IMG/VR virus record: IMGVR_UViG_3300008267_009201
Coordinates: 1 to 55,910 of that record
DNA: 55,910 nt
Strand: one strand, 5' to 3'
Origin: a virus
Lineage: Duplodnaviria; Caudoviricetes
The notes below the pieces were generated by a model. That model saw nothing but the letters and a program-made list of their open reading frames with translations. It ran no database searches and was not told the DNA's origin. Positions 27,354 through 36,691 of this stretch are shown piece by piece. Position numbers and translations under genes: made by a program. How positions within the stretch are numbered: position 1 is the stretch's first letter; each line of letters opens with the position of its first letter.

Positions 27354-28051
27354 TTTAAATTTTTAATTTTTTTAACAACATTTATTAATACTTCAACATC
27401 TTTTTCACAATAATCCTGTATTTCTTGATATTTGTTTTCATTCCAAAAGTAATAATGTACTTTGTTACCCGTGACTTCCATATTTTTAGAAGATTCAACA
27501 CCTAATGAAATACACATTAACTCTAAAGAACTAATCGCTCCAAACTGGCCAAATTGCCAAATATCTTTAGTGTCAACTGCTTTAACTTCCCAAGGTTTAG
27601 TATCTGGCGTTGGTAATATTGATGACGGTAATATACCATTTATTAACATTCGTTTACCTAAAACAGGAATATCAAAATTCTTAATATTATGTCCACAAAG
27701 TACAAAACCTAATTTATCGACACGATTTAGTAATGTGTTTACATCTTTTAGTAGTTGAGTTTCATCTGAATTAAAAAATGTTTGTTTTTTAATTGTGTCA
27801 TCAGGACCAATAAACCCTACCGATACACATATAATTTTTGAAAATTCAGGTACTAAAGCTGCACGGTTTACAAATATCTCTTCTTTTGGTTTATCTAAAT
27901 CCTCAGGAAACCTTTTTTGAAACCAATCTAAGTAATTTTCAAATTGATAACAAAGAGACGGATAATCCCGTTTGAACGATTCGTAATTACTTGAAACTCC
28001 AACAGTTTCAATATCTATAAATAATAATTTGTTTAATGGGTATTGTATCAT
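27350..28051 (-). CDS. Stand-alone PolB-type 3'-5' exonuclease (DEDDy)
   Basis: FIDIET, GHNIKNFD, YCEKDV. Confidence 0.88.
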   Translation of the reverse strand: MIQYPLNKLLFIDIETVGVSSNYESFKRDYPSLCYQFENYLDWFQKRFPEDLDKPKEEIFVNRAALVPEFSKIICVSVGFIGPDDTIKKQTFFNSDETQLLKDVNTLLNRVDKLGFVLCGHNIKNFDIPVLGKRMLINGILPSSILPTPDTKPWEVKAVDTKDIWQFGQFGAISSLELMCISLGVESSKNMEVTGNKVHYYFWNENKYQEIQDYCEKDVEVLINVVKKIKNLK

Positions 28052-28054
28052 AAA

Positions 28055-29173
28055 TTATTTTAATAAACTGAAATAAAGTTCTTTTCTATCTTTTTTTGAC
28101 CAATCAGAATGGTTACGAGTCTCCTCAACCAATAAAGCGTTACCATCAACAAATTCACCATTTTTAAGAGCGTGTTTTAAGTCAATCGTGTAAGGTCCAA
28201 CATTAGACGCAATTAATGCTTTTTTATAGAATCCTGCCTCAATGACCTTCAACTGTGACTTAACTCGATTAAAAATATGATTTTTAATTGGGGCTAAAGA
28301 TATATCAAATTTAGAATAATTTTTGGCATAAGATGTTGTAGGTAACGTCCAAACTCTTCGATATCCCTCATTTAATTCGTTATAGTAGGACTCGTCTTTA
28401 AATTTCATAAGATGTGTCTTATACTCTTCGTCAACAATTTTATAATTGTTTGTGAAAATTTCTTCATACTTTACCCAAACTGTTTCGTCAGGTCTAATAG
28501 GTCTTACTTTTTTTTCACCTGTATCTTTATTATATTCGGTCATACTACCACGTGTGTCAAATCCACATACAACATATTGAATTTTATCATTTAAAGTACC
28601 CAATTTACTTACCATTCCGTCTAAAAGATATAAATCATGTAAGTGAGATGAACCTCCAAGCCACCCAACTCTGATTCTGTCCGACTCTAAAGTTTTTTCT
28701 TTAAATTGAGGTTCATTAGGGTCAATAGCATTTGGTAATACGGAAACGTTTTTATTAATTTTGAAAACTTCAGATGCGAATACAGACGTAGTTGTTGTTA
28801 CGTGTTTAGCGGCTTTAATCTGAGCAATAATTTTCTCATTTATTTTTTCTTGAACAATGATTGCATGTAATGGGTGTTCCTTAGTAGGTAACCAATAATC
28901 GTCAATATCACAGATTGTGACAACTCCTTGATTGTTTAGTTTATTAATTAACTCTACTGATTTGTCATAATTTTGTCCAATTAATCTATGAAAATGAACA
29001 ATGTCATATTTTTGCCAAAATTTATCATCTTCATAATCGACATCAAATTCAATATCAACATGAACCTCATTAGGATATAACTTTTGTAAACAAACGTGTG
29101 GGTCTATTGACCTAAATTTACCCACCCCACTTCTATCTGAAGGTAGAACTAAAATATTTATCTTTTTACTCAT
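28055..29173 (-). CDS. GT4-like glycosyltransferase (possible C-terminal internal deletion)
   Basis: DIDDYW, PNAID, GWLGGSSH..D, DISLAP..FN.VKS.LK.IEAG; the likely start is MSKKIN at 29173. Confidence 0.85.
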   Translation of the reverse strand: MSKKINILVLPSDRSGVGKFRSIDPHVCLQKLYPNEVHVDIEFDVDYEDDKFWQKYDIVHFHRLIGQNYDKSVELINKLNNQGVVTICDIDDYWLPTKEHPLHAIIVQEKINEKIIAQIKAAKHVTTTTSVFASEVFKINKNVSVLPNAIDPNEPQFKEKTLESDRIRVGWLGGSSHLHDLYLLDGMVSKLGTLNDKIQYVVCGFDTRGSMTEYNKDTGEKKVRPIRPDETVWVKYEEIFTNNYKIVDEEYKTHLMKFKDESYYNELNEGYRRVWTLPTTSYAKNYSKFDISLAPIKNHIFNRVKSQLKVIEAGFYKKALIASNVGPYTIDLKHALKNGEFVDGNALLVEETRNHSDWSKKDRKELYFSLLK

Positions 29174-29180
29174 AGAAACA

Positions 29181-29209
29181 ATTATAGTTATTAAACTATA
29201 ATATTTCAA
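29181..29209 (-). promoter_or_regulatory. Promoter for the glycan operon with an overlapping 9-bp inverted repeat
   Basis: - strand TTGAAA-17 nt-TATAAT; inverted repeat attatagtt-atta-aactataat at 29181-29202. Confidence 0.6.
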
Positions 29210-29221
29210 CCCATAGAAATG

Positions 29222-29244
29222 AAAAACCCTACCGAAGTAGGGTT
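29222..29244 (-). terminator. Rho-independent terminator with cUUCGg tetraloop
   Basis: - strand aaccctac-TTCG-gtagggtt followed by T's, right after the 29248 stop. Confidence 0.85.
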
Positions 29245-29247
29245 ATT

Positions 29248-29829
29248 TTATTTTAATTTTTTGATTTTGGTTATCTTACCTTCAAAAATATGGTCACCAA
29301 CTTTTATCTGAACTGATTGTTGTGATTTTTGTTCACTTTCATGGATTATGCCTTTTTCAGTTAGAACTTCAGTAACCACCTCTTTTAACATTCTCCTCAA
29401 ATCTGAATTAACAGGTTGTTGTTGAACAGTTTGTTTTTTTTGAGTAGTAGTCTCAACAATAGTTTCTTTACCTTGATTCATTAACCTTGCCGCTTTTTCT
29501 ATGATTTCGTCAGATATTGTCGGAGTGTTTTGTTGAGGTTGTTGTATTGGGTGCTCAATCATTAACTGTTTAATCGCGTCAGGTAATTTAGAACTTAAAA
29601 TTTTATCTTTAGTGTTAACAAACTGTTTAGTTTGTGATGGTTTATTTTCAACCATTAATTCTTGAGGTAAGTTATATTTGGCCTGTGGGACATTAAACTC
29701 TTCCACACCTATTGGTGATTCTTGAAAATTTGACTCGTTAATAGAACGGACATCACCTCGTTTAATGTTATCACTTTTATCCATGATTTTTTTAGAAATC
29801 ATTAGTTTTTGTATTAAATCTTCTGTCAT
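29248..29829 (-). CDS. Hypothetical protein
   Basis: 193-aa Q/E/K-rich ORF. Confidence 0.7.
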   Translation of the reverse strand: MTEDLIQKLMISKKIMDKSDNIKRGDVRSINESNFQESPIGVEEFNVPQAKYNLPQELMVENKPSQTKQFVNTKDKILSSKLPDAIKQLMIEHPIQQPQQNTPTISDEIIEKAARLMNQGKETIVETTTQKKQTVQQQPVNSDLRRMLKEVVTEVLTEKGIIHESEQKSQQSVQIKVGDHIFEGKITKIKKLK

Positions 29830-29839
29830 AGTTTTTATA

Positions 29840-30223
29840 TTAAGTAAAATTCGCTAAAATGTCAATTGATACCATTCTTTTATCTCCATTTGGATTAAAT
29901 CCTGGTCTGACCTCTGAAAACATGTCATCTGTTATACTTACACTTAGAATGTCTTTAACTTTAAAATACCTCCAACCTGGCATAGGTCTTGTCCTTAAAA
30001 ATCCTCTATGTGATGCACCCTCCCTTTCCCAAGCACATAGTACCTGATTACCTTTTTTGTTTACACCTAAACAAACAGGTTCAATTACTCTAATTCCTTT
30101 ACCTCCGGGTTCATCACCATTGTATGTTATATACAATACTTTACGTTGGGATATTGCATCCCTTATATCACGCAAAGTGACAGTTTCCAACAATAGTGAT
30201 TTAAATGACTCTAATAATTTCAT
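29840..30223 (-). CDS. Stand-alone WYL-domain protein
   Basis: I.Y....R.IEP..LG....L.AW....WR.FK...I WYL pattern; leader MKLLESFKSLLLE. Confidence 0.8.
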   Translation of the reverse strand: MKLLESFKSLLLETVTLRDIRDAISQRKVLYITYNGDEPGGKGIRVIEPVCLGVNKKGNQVLCAWEREGASHRGFLRTRPMPGWRYFKVKDILSVSITDDMFSEVRPGFNPNGDKRMVSIDILANFT

Positions 30224-30525
30224 TATACTGATGGAGTAGTGTATGGGACTTGAGCTTTATAGTAATTGATTGCAACTTCTGCGGCTCTTTCTTGAATGTC
30301 AGTAATGTTACCCGCTGTAAAATTGTAAGCGTTTAATAGTCCGTCAGTTCCTGTACCTTTACCTTGTAAATCACCTGTAGCTAATGCGTCAGGATGAGTT
30401 GCACTGTATTGATTAGTTTGAAAATAATCATTGGTTGGAATTAACGCTCCTCTTTGTTGAACACCAATTTGACCTAATTGGTTTAATTGTTGTTGCTCAA
30501 AATTAATTGGAATGTAACTTGGCAT
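30223..30525 (-). CDS. Hypothetical protein (possibly structural)
   Basis: 100-aa Q/N/T/G-rich ORF. Confidence 0.65.
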   Translation of the reverse strand: MPSYIPINFEQQQLNQLGQIGVQQRGALIPTNDYFQTNQYSATHPDALATGDLQGKGTGTDGLLNAYNFTAGNITDIQERAAEVAINYYKAQVPYTTPSV

Positions 30526-30529
30526 AATT

Positions 30530-30994
30530 TTAAATTATTATTTTTATTATTTCGTTTATTCTTTGTATGTCTTCAAAAATAGAAGACGCATGTTTAAAAC
30601 TTGTTTTTTTATGACTTAGAGATGGTCTAACTCCATTTAAAGGATTCTTGGTATGAGTCCTAATAAATGAATTAGATAACCCCGAATTCATTCTGTGTTT
30701 TTTTGATGTTTTAATAGATTGTCTATCTTGGTTTAATACCATATTAACCCAATTTTTCATTCTATCCCCACCCATTAATTCATATCTTTCTTTACTTAAA
30801 TTACCACTATCAAACTTATTTTTATAATTCTTTAGTAATTGGTAAGATATTTTACCATTATCTCTTAGATTTATATTTTTTTTATATCCTGAAGTATTAT
30901 AAAATCTAGTAGAATGTTCATCAAATCCTTTTTGTAAGGATTCAATAACATCACTTGGTATATCATACTCTTTATTATATAAATCTTTATTCAT
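30530..30994 (-). CDS. Hypothetical protein
   Basis: 154-aa basic ORF coupled to the upstream gene. Confidence 0.65.
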   Translation of the reverse strand: MNKDLYNKEYDIPSDVIESLQKGFDEHSTRFYNTSGYKKNINLRDNGKISYQLLKNYKNKFDSGNLSKERYELMGGDRMKNWVNMVLNQDRQSIKTSKKHRMNSGLSNSFIRTHTKNPLNGVRPSLSHKKTSFKHASSIFEDIQRINEIIKIII

Positions 30995-31829
30995 CTTTTT
31001 TTCCTAAACTAATTCCTTCTTTATCGGCCATTTTCTTTAGAGATTTAATATTATTTAAAAAAGTCTTAGACATTTTAGGTTCTTTTTTTGTAATGTCCGA
31101 ATCTCTTTTATTTTTTTGAACTAAAATATCTTCGATAAGTTTTCTCGCGTCCTCATTTCTTTTTTCCTCAATCTTCCTTTTTTCAAATAAATTAAATGTA
31201 CCTACAAAATCTTTTTTACTCTTAATTTTTTTAGGTGTGTTTTTTTCTTTTTTATCTTTAATGTCCTTACCAAATTTTTCAGTCCTATCTTTAGCATCTT
31301 CAGGTTCCATACCCATATTTTTAACTAAATATTTGAATGTTTTTTTACCATCCATATCTTTAGTTTCTTCGTACCCAAACGCTCCTTCCATATCAACCTC
31401 AAGTACAGGGCCGTCCTCAATGGATTCGCCATAATAGACTCTATATCCACGAGTAACGGGATTGTTTGTTTGTCTCGTGGCAACAACTTCCTGGTCAGTA
31501 GTTTTAATTGGGGATAATTTAGGATTTATAATCGGAATTTTTGAACTTAAAAAAGTACCATCGTAATCTACCAATTCCCCAATCTCACCTTTGAAATTTT
31601 TCAGACGAGATTTCAAATCCTCCGTATTTTTTAACTTTTTTTCTTTCTGAATTTTTTTAATTTCTTTTTTGATTTTCTCCACATTTTTCTTTTCAAATAT
31701 CATTATTTCATCATTTTTTCTTGCTTCATTTAATGTGTTTGAAATTGAATAATACAATGCAACATCATCTTCTCTTTCTTTTAAAAAGAAGTAGTAGTTG
31801 TTTGAGAAAGTTTCAATTTTATTATTCAT
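30987..31829 (-). CDS. Hypothetical charged protein
   Basis: The likely start is MNNKIE at 31829; the longer ORF-track start overlaps the divergent gene and its promoter region. Confidence 0.65.
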   Translation of the reverse strand: MNNKIETFSNNYYFFLKEREDDVALYYSISNTLNEARKNDEIMIFEKKNVEKIKKEIKKIQKEKKLKNTEDLKSRLKNFKGEIGELVDYDGTFLSSKIPIINPKLSPIKTTDQEVVATRQTNNPVTRGYRVYYGESIEDGPVLEVDMEGAFGYEETKDMDGKKTFKYLVKNMGMEPEDAKDRTEKFGKDIKDKKEKNTPKKIKSKKDFVGTFNLFEKRKIEEKRNEDARKLIEDILVQKNKRDSDITKKEPKMSKTFLNNIKSLKKMADKEGISLGKKDE

Positions 31830-31874
31830 AATGTTTTTACCTATAAATACTTTGATTATTGTATTTATTATAAG

Positions 31875-33995
31875 ATGAGTCAACAGAATATTAATCAATA
31901 TGTGTCTAACAACTGGAAATTGAGTCCAAGTTGGAATAATATAGACATGTCTTTATCTTCAGATGAAATAGATTTCAATGAGGAGGTTGTTTTTTCAACA
32001 GAATTAATAGGAATTAATAATGGTAACAGATTACCTATACATTTTGATTTAAATAATCTTAACTCATCACAACAACCAACTTTAAATTATGGTGATTTTT
32101 TGTCAGGGAATACTTTAGTCTCATTAAATTATTATAATCCTAATAATGAAGATTTATCTTGTTTTACTGGTGATAGTTTGTGTGATATTGGTTTAGTTGG
32201 TACTGATAATGGTTTAGTCCCTGAAATGTCAGGTGAAACAATACACTTTAGTATGGGATTGTATACAGGGTCAACTAAATGGGATAGATACCATTTTGAT
32301 AGACGTACAAAATTAATTCAAATAACGGGATATACTAACAATGTTGATAGATTTTCAGGTAATACGAAAGAAACTGTATATAATATTGTTGACAAAGAAT
32401 TATCAAGTTTTGGTTATTATAATCAATTATACGGAGGTTTCTACCAAGGATTTTTTAAATTATTTGGGTATGATTACGAGACATTTCCAAATAGATGTAA
32501 TAAGGGATGGTCTGTTGAAATGTTACTAAGAGCTAGACAAGAAGACCAATTTTCTCCAACATCGGCAGAAACAACATTAAATGAGGTATACCCAAGTAAT
32601 GATAATACTTTTTTTTATTTTGGTACAAGAGCTGAAAACAAATATTACCATCACGCATCAGGTTCCCCATCATCTGATTCAGGATATACTAGAGTTACTG
32701 AAATTTTAAGTGGATGTTTACATACATGTGCATGTTCGGATACTGGAGTAACTATTTCACGTTGTTTAGATGATATATATGAACCTTTAATTTACACCAA
32801 TCAACACAATGTTAATTGTAACTGTGGATGTTCAGAAAATGTTGTTCCTAATGATGATAAAAACCCTCTGCTTGACTCAATGTCAAATACTTTTTCACTT
32901 AGACTTTCAGGAGACCCAAAAAATCCAAAAGTATGTGTTAGAGTTCTTAAATTTACCGGAGGATGTGAAACAACGGGTAGTTGTGAAAATACAGGAATTA
33001 CATATACTACAGGATATACAATAACTAATTATTGTTCAAGTAAAAATATTTTTGATTACTGTTCGTCAACTCAAACTTATTTAGATAAAGAACATTGGTT
33101 TTTAATTGATTGTGTTTGGGAACGTAATTCATATTATGATAACTGTGATTTATTATATCGAGGAGGGTTGGATTCAATAACGACATTTTATTATGTAAAT
33201 TCATTGGCGGGAAATGCGGTTAGTTTAATTACAGTACCCTATACACAATCAGGTGCAACTCCCGCCGAACAAATCGAAGTTGTTAATTTAAATGAAGAAT
33301 GGTTAATTGAAAAAGACCAAAGATTAGGTTCTTTAAAAATATACATTAATGGTAGATTATTTTACGTTATTAATGGGTTTGAAGAGGTAATACCTAGAGG
33401 TTTAAATACCGAGAAAGAAAAACAAATAGGTGTACCATTTAATATTGGTTGGGGTGGAGGTACACAAGGTTTGAGAGAAAGTTTAACTTTTTCCGCATGT
33501 CCCGAATCACTATCAGGTTTAACCTACCAACAAGACCCGGAATGTATGCCAAATGAAACATTATCGGGTACATCTTTATCTTCTTTAACTACAAATATTT
33601 TAATTGAACCAAATTTTGCGGGTTCTTTTGACGGAGCAATATCTCAATTTAGAATGTATACCGAACCTTTAACGTATCCTGAAGTTGTTCATAATTTTGA
33701 CATATTAAAAGGTAATTTTGGATTATTTGATTATAAATGTCCAAGTTGTTCTGATGTTGTTGTTAATGATATTATTGGTGTTACTGTCGGTTCGGATATA
33801 ATATTTTCATCCAATGAATTTTCAGGAATGACATTTAACCTTTATTACTATAAAGATTCTGGGGAACCAAGGTATGTCGTTGTTGAAAATGAAACTTTCC
33901 CATATACTATGGATACTCTTTCTGTACCAAATTGTTGTAGTAATAATTTTTATTTTTATATTATTGAATTAGACCAAACATTCCTTTACACCTAA
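31875..33995 (+). CDS. Putative virion structural protein, concanavalin/LamG-like, Cys-rich
   Basis: LKIYINGRL, IGWGGG and FDGAISQFRMY..PL...EV..NF are LamG-like features; many [ST]GxT motifs. Confidence 0.65.
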   Translation: MSQQNINQYVSNNWKLSPSWNNIDMSLSSDEIDFNEEVVFSTELIGINNGNRLPIHFDLNNLNSSQQPTLNYGDFLSGNTLVSLNYYNPNNEDLSCFTGDSLCDIGLVGTDNGLVPEMSGETIHFSMGLYTGSTKWDRYHFDRRTKLIQITGYTNNVDRFSGNTKETVYNIVDKELSSFGYYNQLYGGFYQGFFKLFGYDYETFPNRCNKGWSVEMLLRARQEDQFSPTSAETTLNEVYPSNDNTFFYFGTRAENKYYHHASGSPSSDSGYTRVTEILSGCLHTCACSDTGVTISRCLDDIYEPLIYTNQHNVNCNCGCSENVVPNDDKNPLLDSMSNTFSLRLSGDPKNPKVCVRVLKFTGGCETTGSCENTGITYTTGYTITNYCSSKNIFDYCSSTQTYLDKEHWFLIDCVWERNSYYDNCDLLYRGGLDSITTFYYVNSLAGNAVSLITVPYTQSGATPAEQIEVVNLNEEWLIEKDQRLGSLKIYINGRLFYVINGFEEVIPRGLNTEKEKQIGVPFNIGWGGGTQGLRESLTFSACPESLSGLTYQQDPECMPNETLSGTSLSSLTTNILIEPNFAGSFDGAISQFRMYTEPLTYPEVVHNFDILKGNFGLFDYKCPSCSDVVVNDIIGVTVGSDIIFSSNEFSGMTFNLYYYKDSGEPRYVVVENETFPYTMDTLSVPNCCSNNFYFYIIELDQTFLYT

Positions 33996-34031
33996 TTTTA
34001 TTTTTATATTTTTTGGTTAAAAGTATTAATA

Positions 34032-35276
34032 ATGAAAATTTTTATCCAAATTGCGTCTTATCGAGACCCACAATTAATCCCAACAATTAAATCCGCAATA
34101 GATAACGCCAAACACCCTGAAAATTTAGTTTTCGCAATTGCAAGACAATTTAATGAGAGTGACGGATTTGATAATTTAGATGAATATCGAAATGATGAAA
34201 GGTTTAGAATTTTAGATATCCCATATCAAGAGTCTAAAGGAGCTTGTTGGGCTAGAAATCAAATACAACAACTTTATCAAAAAGAAGAGTACACACTTCA
34301 AATAGATTCACATATGAGATTTGCTAAAGATTGGGATGTTGAAATGATTGGGATGATTAAACAACTACAAAAGAAAGGGTATAAAAAACCTTTATTAACA
34401 GGATACGTACCATCTTTTGACCCTGATGATGACCCTAACTCAAGAGTAATGGAACCGTGGAGAATGGTTTTTGATAGATTCATACCTGAAGGTGCGGTAT
34501 TTTTCCTACCTGAAGTAATCCCCGGATGGCAAAACATGACGGAGCCAGTACCCGCAAGATTCTATTCCGCACATTATTGTTTCACATTAGGTAAATTTTC
34601 AAAAGAAGTCCAACATGACCCTGAATTTTATTTTCATGGGGAAGAAATATCTATAGCCGCAAGAGCTTATACTCATGGGTATGATTTATTCCATATCCAC
34701 AAAATTTTAATTTGGCATGAATATACCAGAAAAGGCAGAACTAAACAATGGGATGACGATAAAGATTGGGTAAATAAAAATGACTACTGTCATAAAAAGA
34801 ATAGAAGTTTATTTGGAATGGATGGTGAAGAACCAATGAGTCACGGTAAATATGGATTTGGTAAAAAGAGAACATTAAGAGATTATGAAAAATATTCGGG
34901 ATTACTTTTTTCTAAACGAGCCATCCAACAGTGGACAATTGACAAAAACTACCCACCAAATCCATATAACTTTAATACAGAAGAAGAATGGATGAACTCA
35001 TTTTCTTCAATATTTAAACACTGTATTGACATACAATACTCCCAAGTTCCTGAAAAAGATTATGATTTTTGGGTTGTGGCGTTCCATGATGAAAACGATG
35101 AGACACTTTTTAGGAAAGATGCCGACAAATCAGAGATTAGTCGTATGATGAATGACCCTGATGGATATGTTAAAATATGGAGAGAATTTAATATGGTTAG
35201 ACAACCAAAATATTGGGTAGTTTGGCCGCATTCAGAATCAAAAGATTGGTGCGAAAGAATCACAGGAAATTTATGA
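34032..35276 (+). CDS. GT60-like polypeptide/hydroxyproline N-acetylglucosaminyltransferase
   Basis: IFIQIASYRDPQL, G.CWAR, LQIDSHMRF..WD, DP..YFHGEEI...R.YT.GYD, H.Y.R. Confidence 0.85.
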   Translation: MKIFIQIASYRDPQLIPTIKSAIDNAKHPENLVFAIARQFNESDGFDNLDEYRNDERFRILDIPYQESKGACWARNQIQQLYQKEEYTLQIDSHMRFAKDWDVEMIGMIKQLQKKGYKKPLLTGYVPSFDPDDDPNSRVMEPWRMVFDRFIPEGAVFFLPEVIPGWQNMTEPVPARFYSAHYCFTLGKFSKEVQHDPEFYFHGEEISIAARAYTHGYDLFHIHKILIWHEYTRKGRTKQWDDDKDWVNKNDYCHKKNRSLFGMDGEEPMSHGKYGFGKKRTLRDYEKYSGLLFSKRAIQQWTIDKNYPPNPYNFNTEEEWMNSFSSIFKHCIDIQYSQVPEKDYDFWVVAFHDENDETLFRKDADKSEISRMMNDPDGYVKIWREFNMVRQPKYWVVWPHSESKDWCERITGNL

Positions 35277-36145
35277 TGGTGAATAATATATCTATTATAA
35301 TTTACACTAATGAAACATATTATGATTTGTTAGAGTTTACTTTACCTTTTTTAATTGAAAATTTTAAAAAAATTAATATTAAAAAATATGTCGTGTCAAA
35401 TAAAATTAAACAAAGTAGTCATTTTGAGGTGTCTGAGCAAATTGATTGTGGGGTTGAATTTTTAAGTAATGGAGGACATTTTGAACAAACAATTAGTTAC
35501 GCTTTAGAAAATATTAAAGAAGATTATATTTTATTTTTATGTGATGATTATTTGATAAAGTCTGAAGTTAAGTACGATATTTTAATGGGGGTTTTTAATT
35601 TTGTAATCGATAATGAAATTGACTATATGTCGTTAGGAACTCAAAAACATATGGAACCATTCATATTTGAGTGGGAAAATTTTAACATTGATTATAAAAA
35701 ATATGGTTTACCCGATAAATGTTTATTTAAAACCGATGTTAACTGCCGTCATTTGTACTCTGTTCAACCTTGTATATGGAAAAAAAAATCTTTGATTGAG
35801 ATTTTAAAAAATAATAAGAATATTACGTTACATGATTTGGATAATACAAACATAAAAGACCTTAATGGTAATTACCGAGAATTGGACGAAGAAAAGAATT
35901 TTATGTTTTATAAAAAAAATGAAAATTACAGAAATTATGATTTTAAAAATGTTTGTATACATTACCCTATAATCTCATACCATGTCGATGAAAAACCAAT
36001 AGACTCTGATTATTTTTTGTTGGACTATATTGAAATTGTACGTCATGGTAAATTTTTAGATGCGGAAGTTAACTCAAAATATATTTTAAATCAAAAATTA
36101 AACGAAAAATTAAATATTAAAAATAAACTTTTAAACTTTTTTTAA
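35273..36145 (+). CDS. Putative GT-A glycosyltransferase-like protein
   Basis: YILFLCDDYL and YSVQPCIWKK; likely start at 35273 through an ATGA overlap. Confidence 0.6.
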   Translation: MMVNNISIIIYTNETYYDLLEFTLPFLIENFKKINIKKYVVSNKIKQSSHFEVSEQIDCGVEFLSNGGHFEQTISYALENIKEDYILFLCDDYLIKSEVKYDILMGVFNFVIDNEIDYMSLGTQKHMEPFIFEWENFNIDYKKYGLPDKCLFKTDVNCRHLYSVQPCIWKKKSLIEILKNNKNITLHDLDNTNIKDLNGNYRELDEEKNFMFYKKNENYRNYDFKNVCIHYPIISYHVDEKPIDSDYFLLDYIEIVRHGKFLDAEVNSKYILNQKLNEKLNIKNKLLNFF

Positions 36146-36691
36146 ATGCCGGGAAATTGGGGTTATTTAGGTGAAGACACAAAGGAATATTTGTGTTCAA
36201 ATTACGACAAAGATTGTACAATTTTAGATGTTGGATGCGGACATGGATTCTATTACAAATTATTAAAAGAGCACTTCAATAAATTTGACGCTGTAGAGAT
36301 ATGGGAACCTTACATTGAAGAATATAAATTAAGAGAAATGTATGATAACGTATATAATGTTAATATCATGGATTTTGATTTTGAGTACTATGACATTATT
36401 ATTATGGGAGATGTTTTAGAACATTTGTCAAGAGAAGACGCCTCAAAATTATTGAATAAAATTAAAGATAAATGTAAAGAATTACTTGTTGTTGTACCGT
36501 ATTATTTACCACAAGATGAGGTTTTTGGTAATAAATATGAGATACATTTACAACCTGATTTAGATGATAAAATAATGTCTGAAAATTATCCGATGCTTGA
36601 ACTAATTAATTTCAATGGTAAAGATTTTAAAATCCCTATTGATATGGGTACCCATTACTATTACTACTGTGCATTCAAAAAGAAAATATGA
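36146..36691 (+). CDS. Class I SAM-dependent methyltransferase
   Basis: LDVGCGHG, YDIIIMGDVLEHL. Confidence 0.9.
   Translation: MPGNWGYLGEDTKEYLCSNYDKDCTILDVGCGHGFYYKLLKEHFNKFDAVEIWEPYIEEYKLREMYDNVYNVNIMDFDFEYYDIIIMGDVLEHLSREDASKLLNKIKDKCKELLVVVPYYLPQDEVFGNKYEIHLQPDLDDKIMSENYPMLELINFNGKDFKIPIDMGTHYYYYCAFKKKI

Noticed and set aside
12674-29173. DNA hypermodification as the main role of the GT operon
   Set aside because: No hydroxymethylase, thymidylate-synthase homologue or TET/JBP gene is in the window, and the enzyme types resemble surface-glycan enzymes. Disfavoured rather than excluded, since dut and an exonuclease are embedded.
30987-31030. Possible third deletion at the C-terminus of 30987-31829 (KEGISLGKKDE)
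   Set aside because: There is no family reference to judge the expected length, and the gene overlap looks normal.
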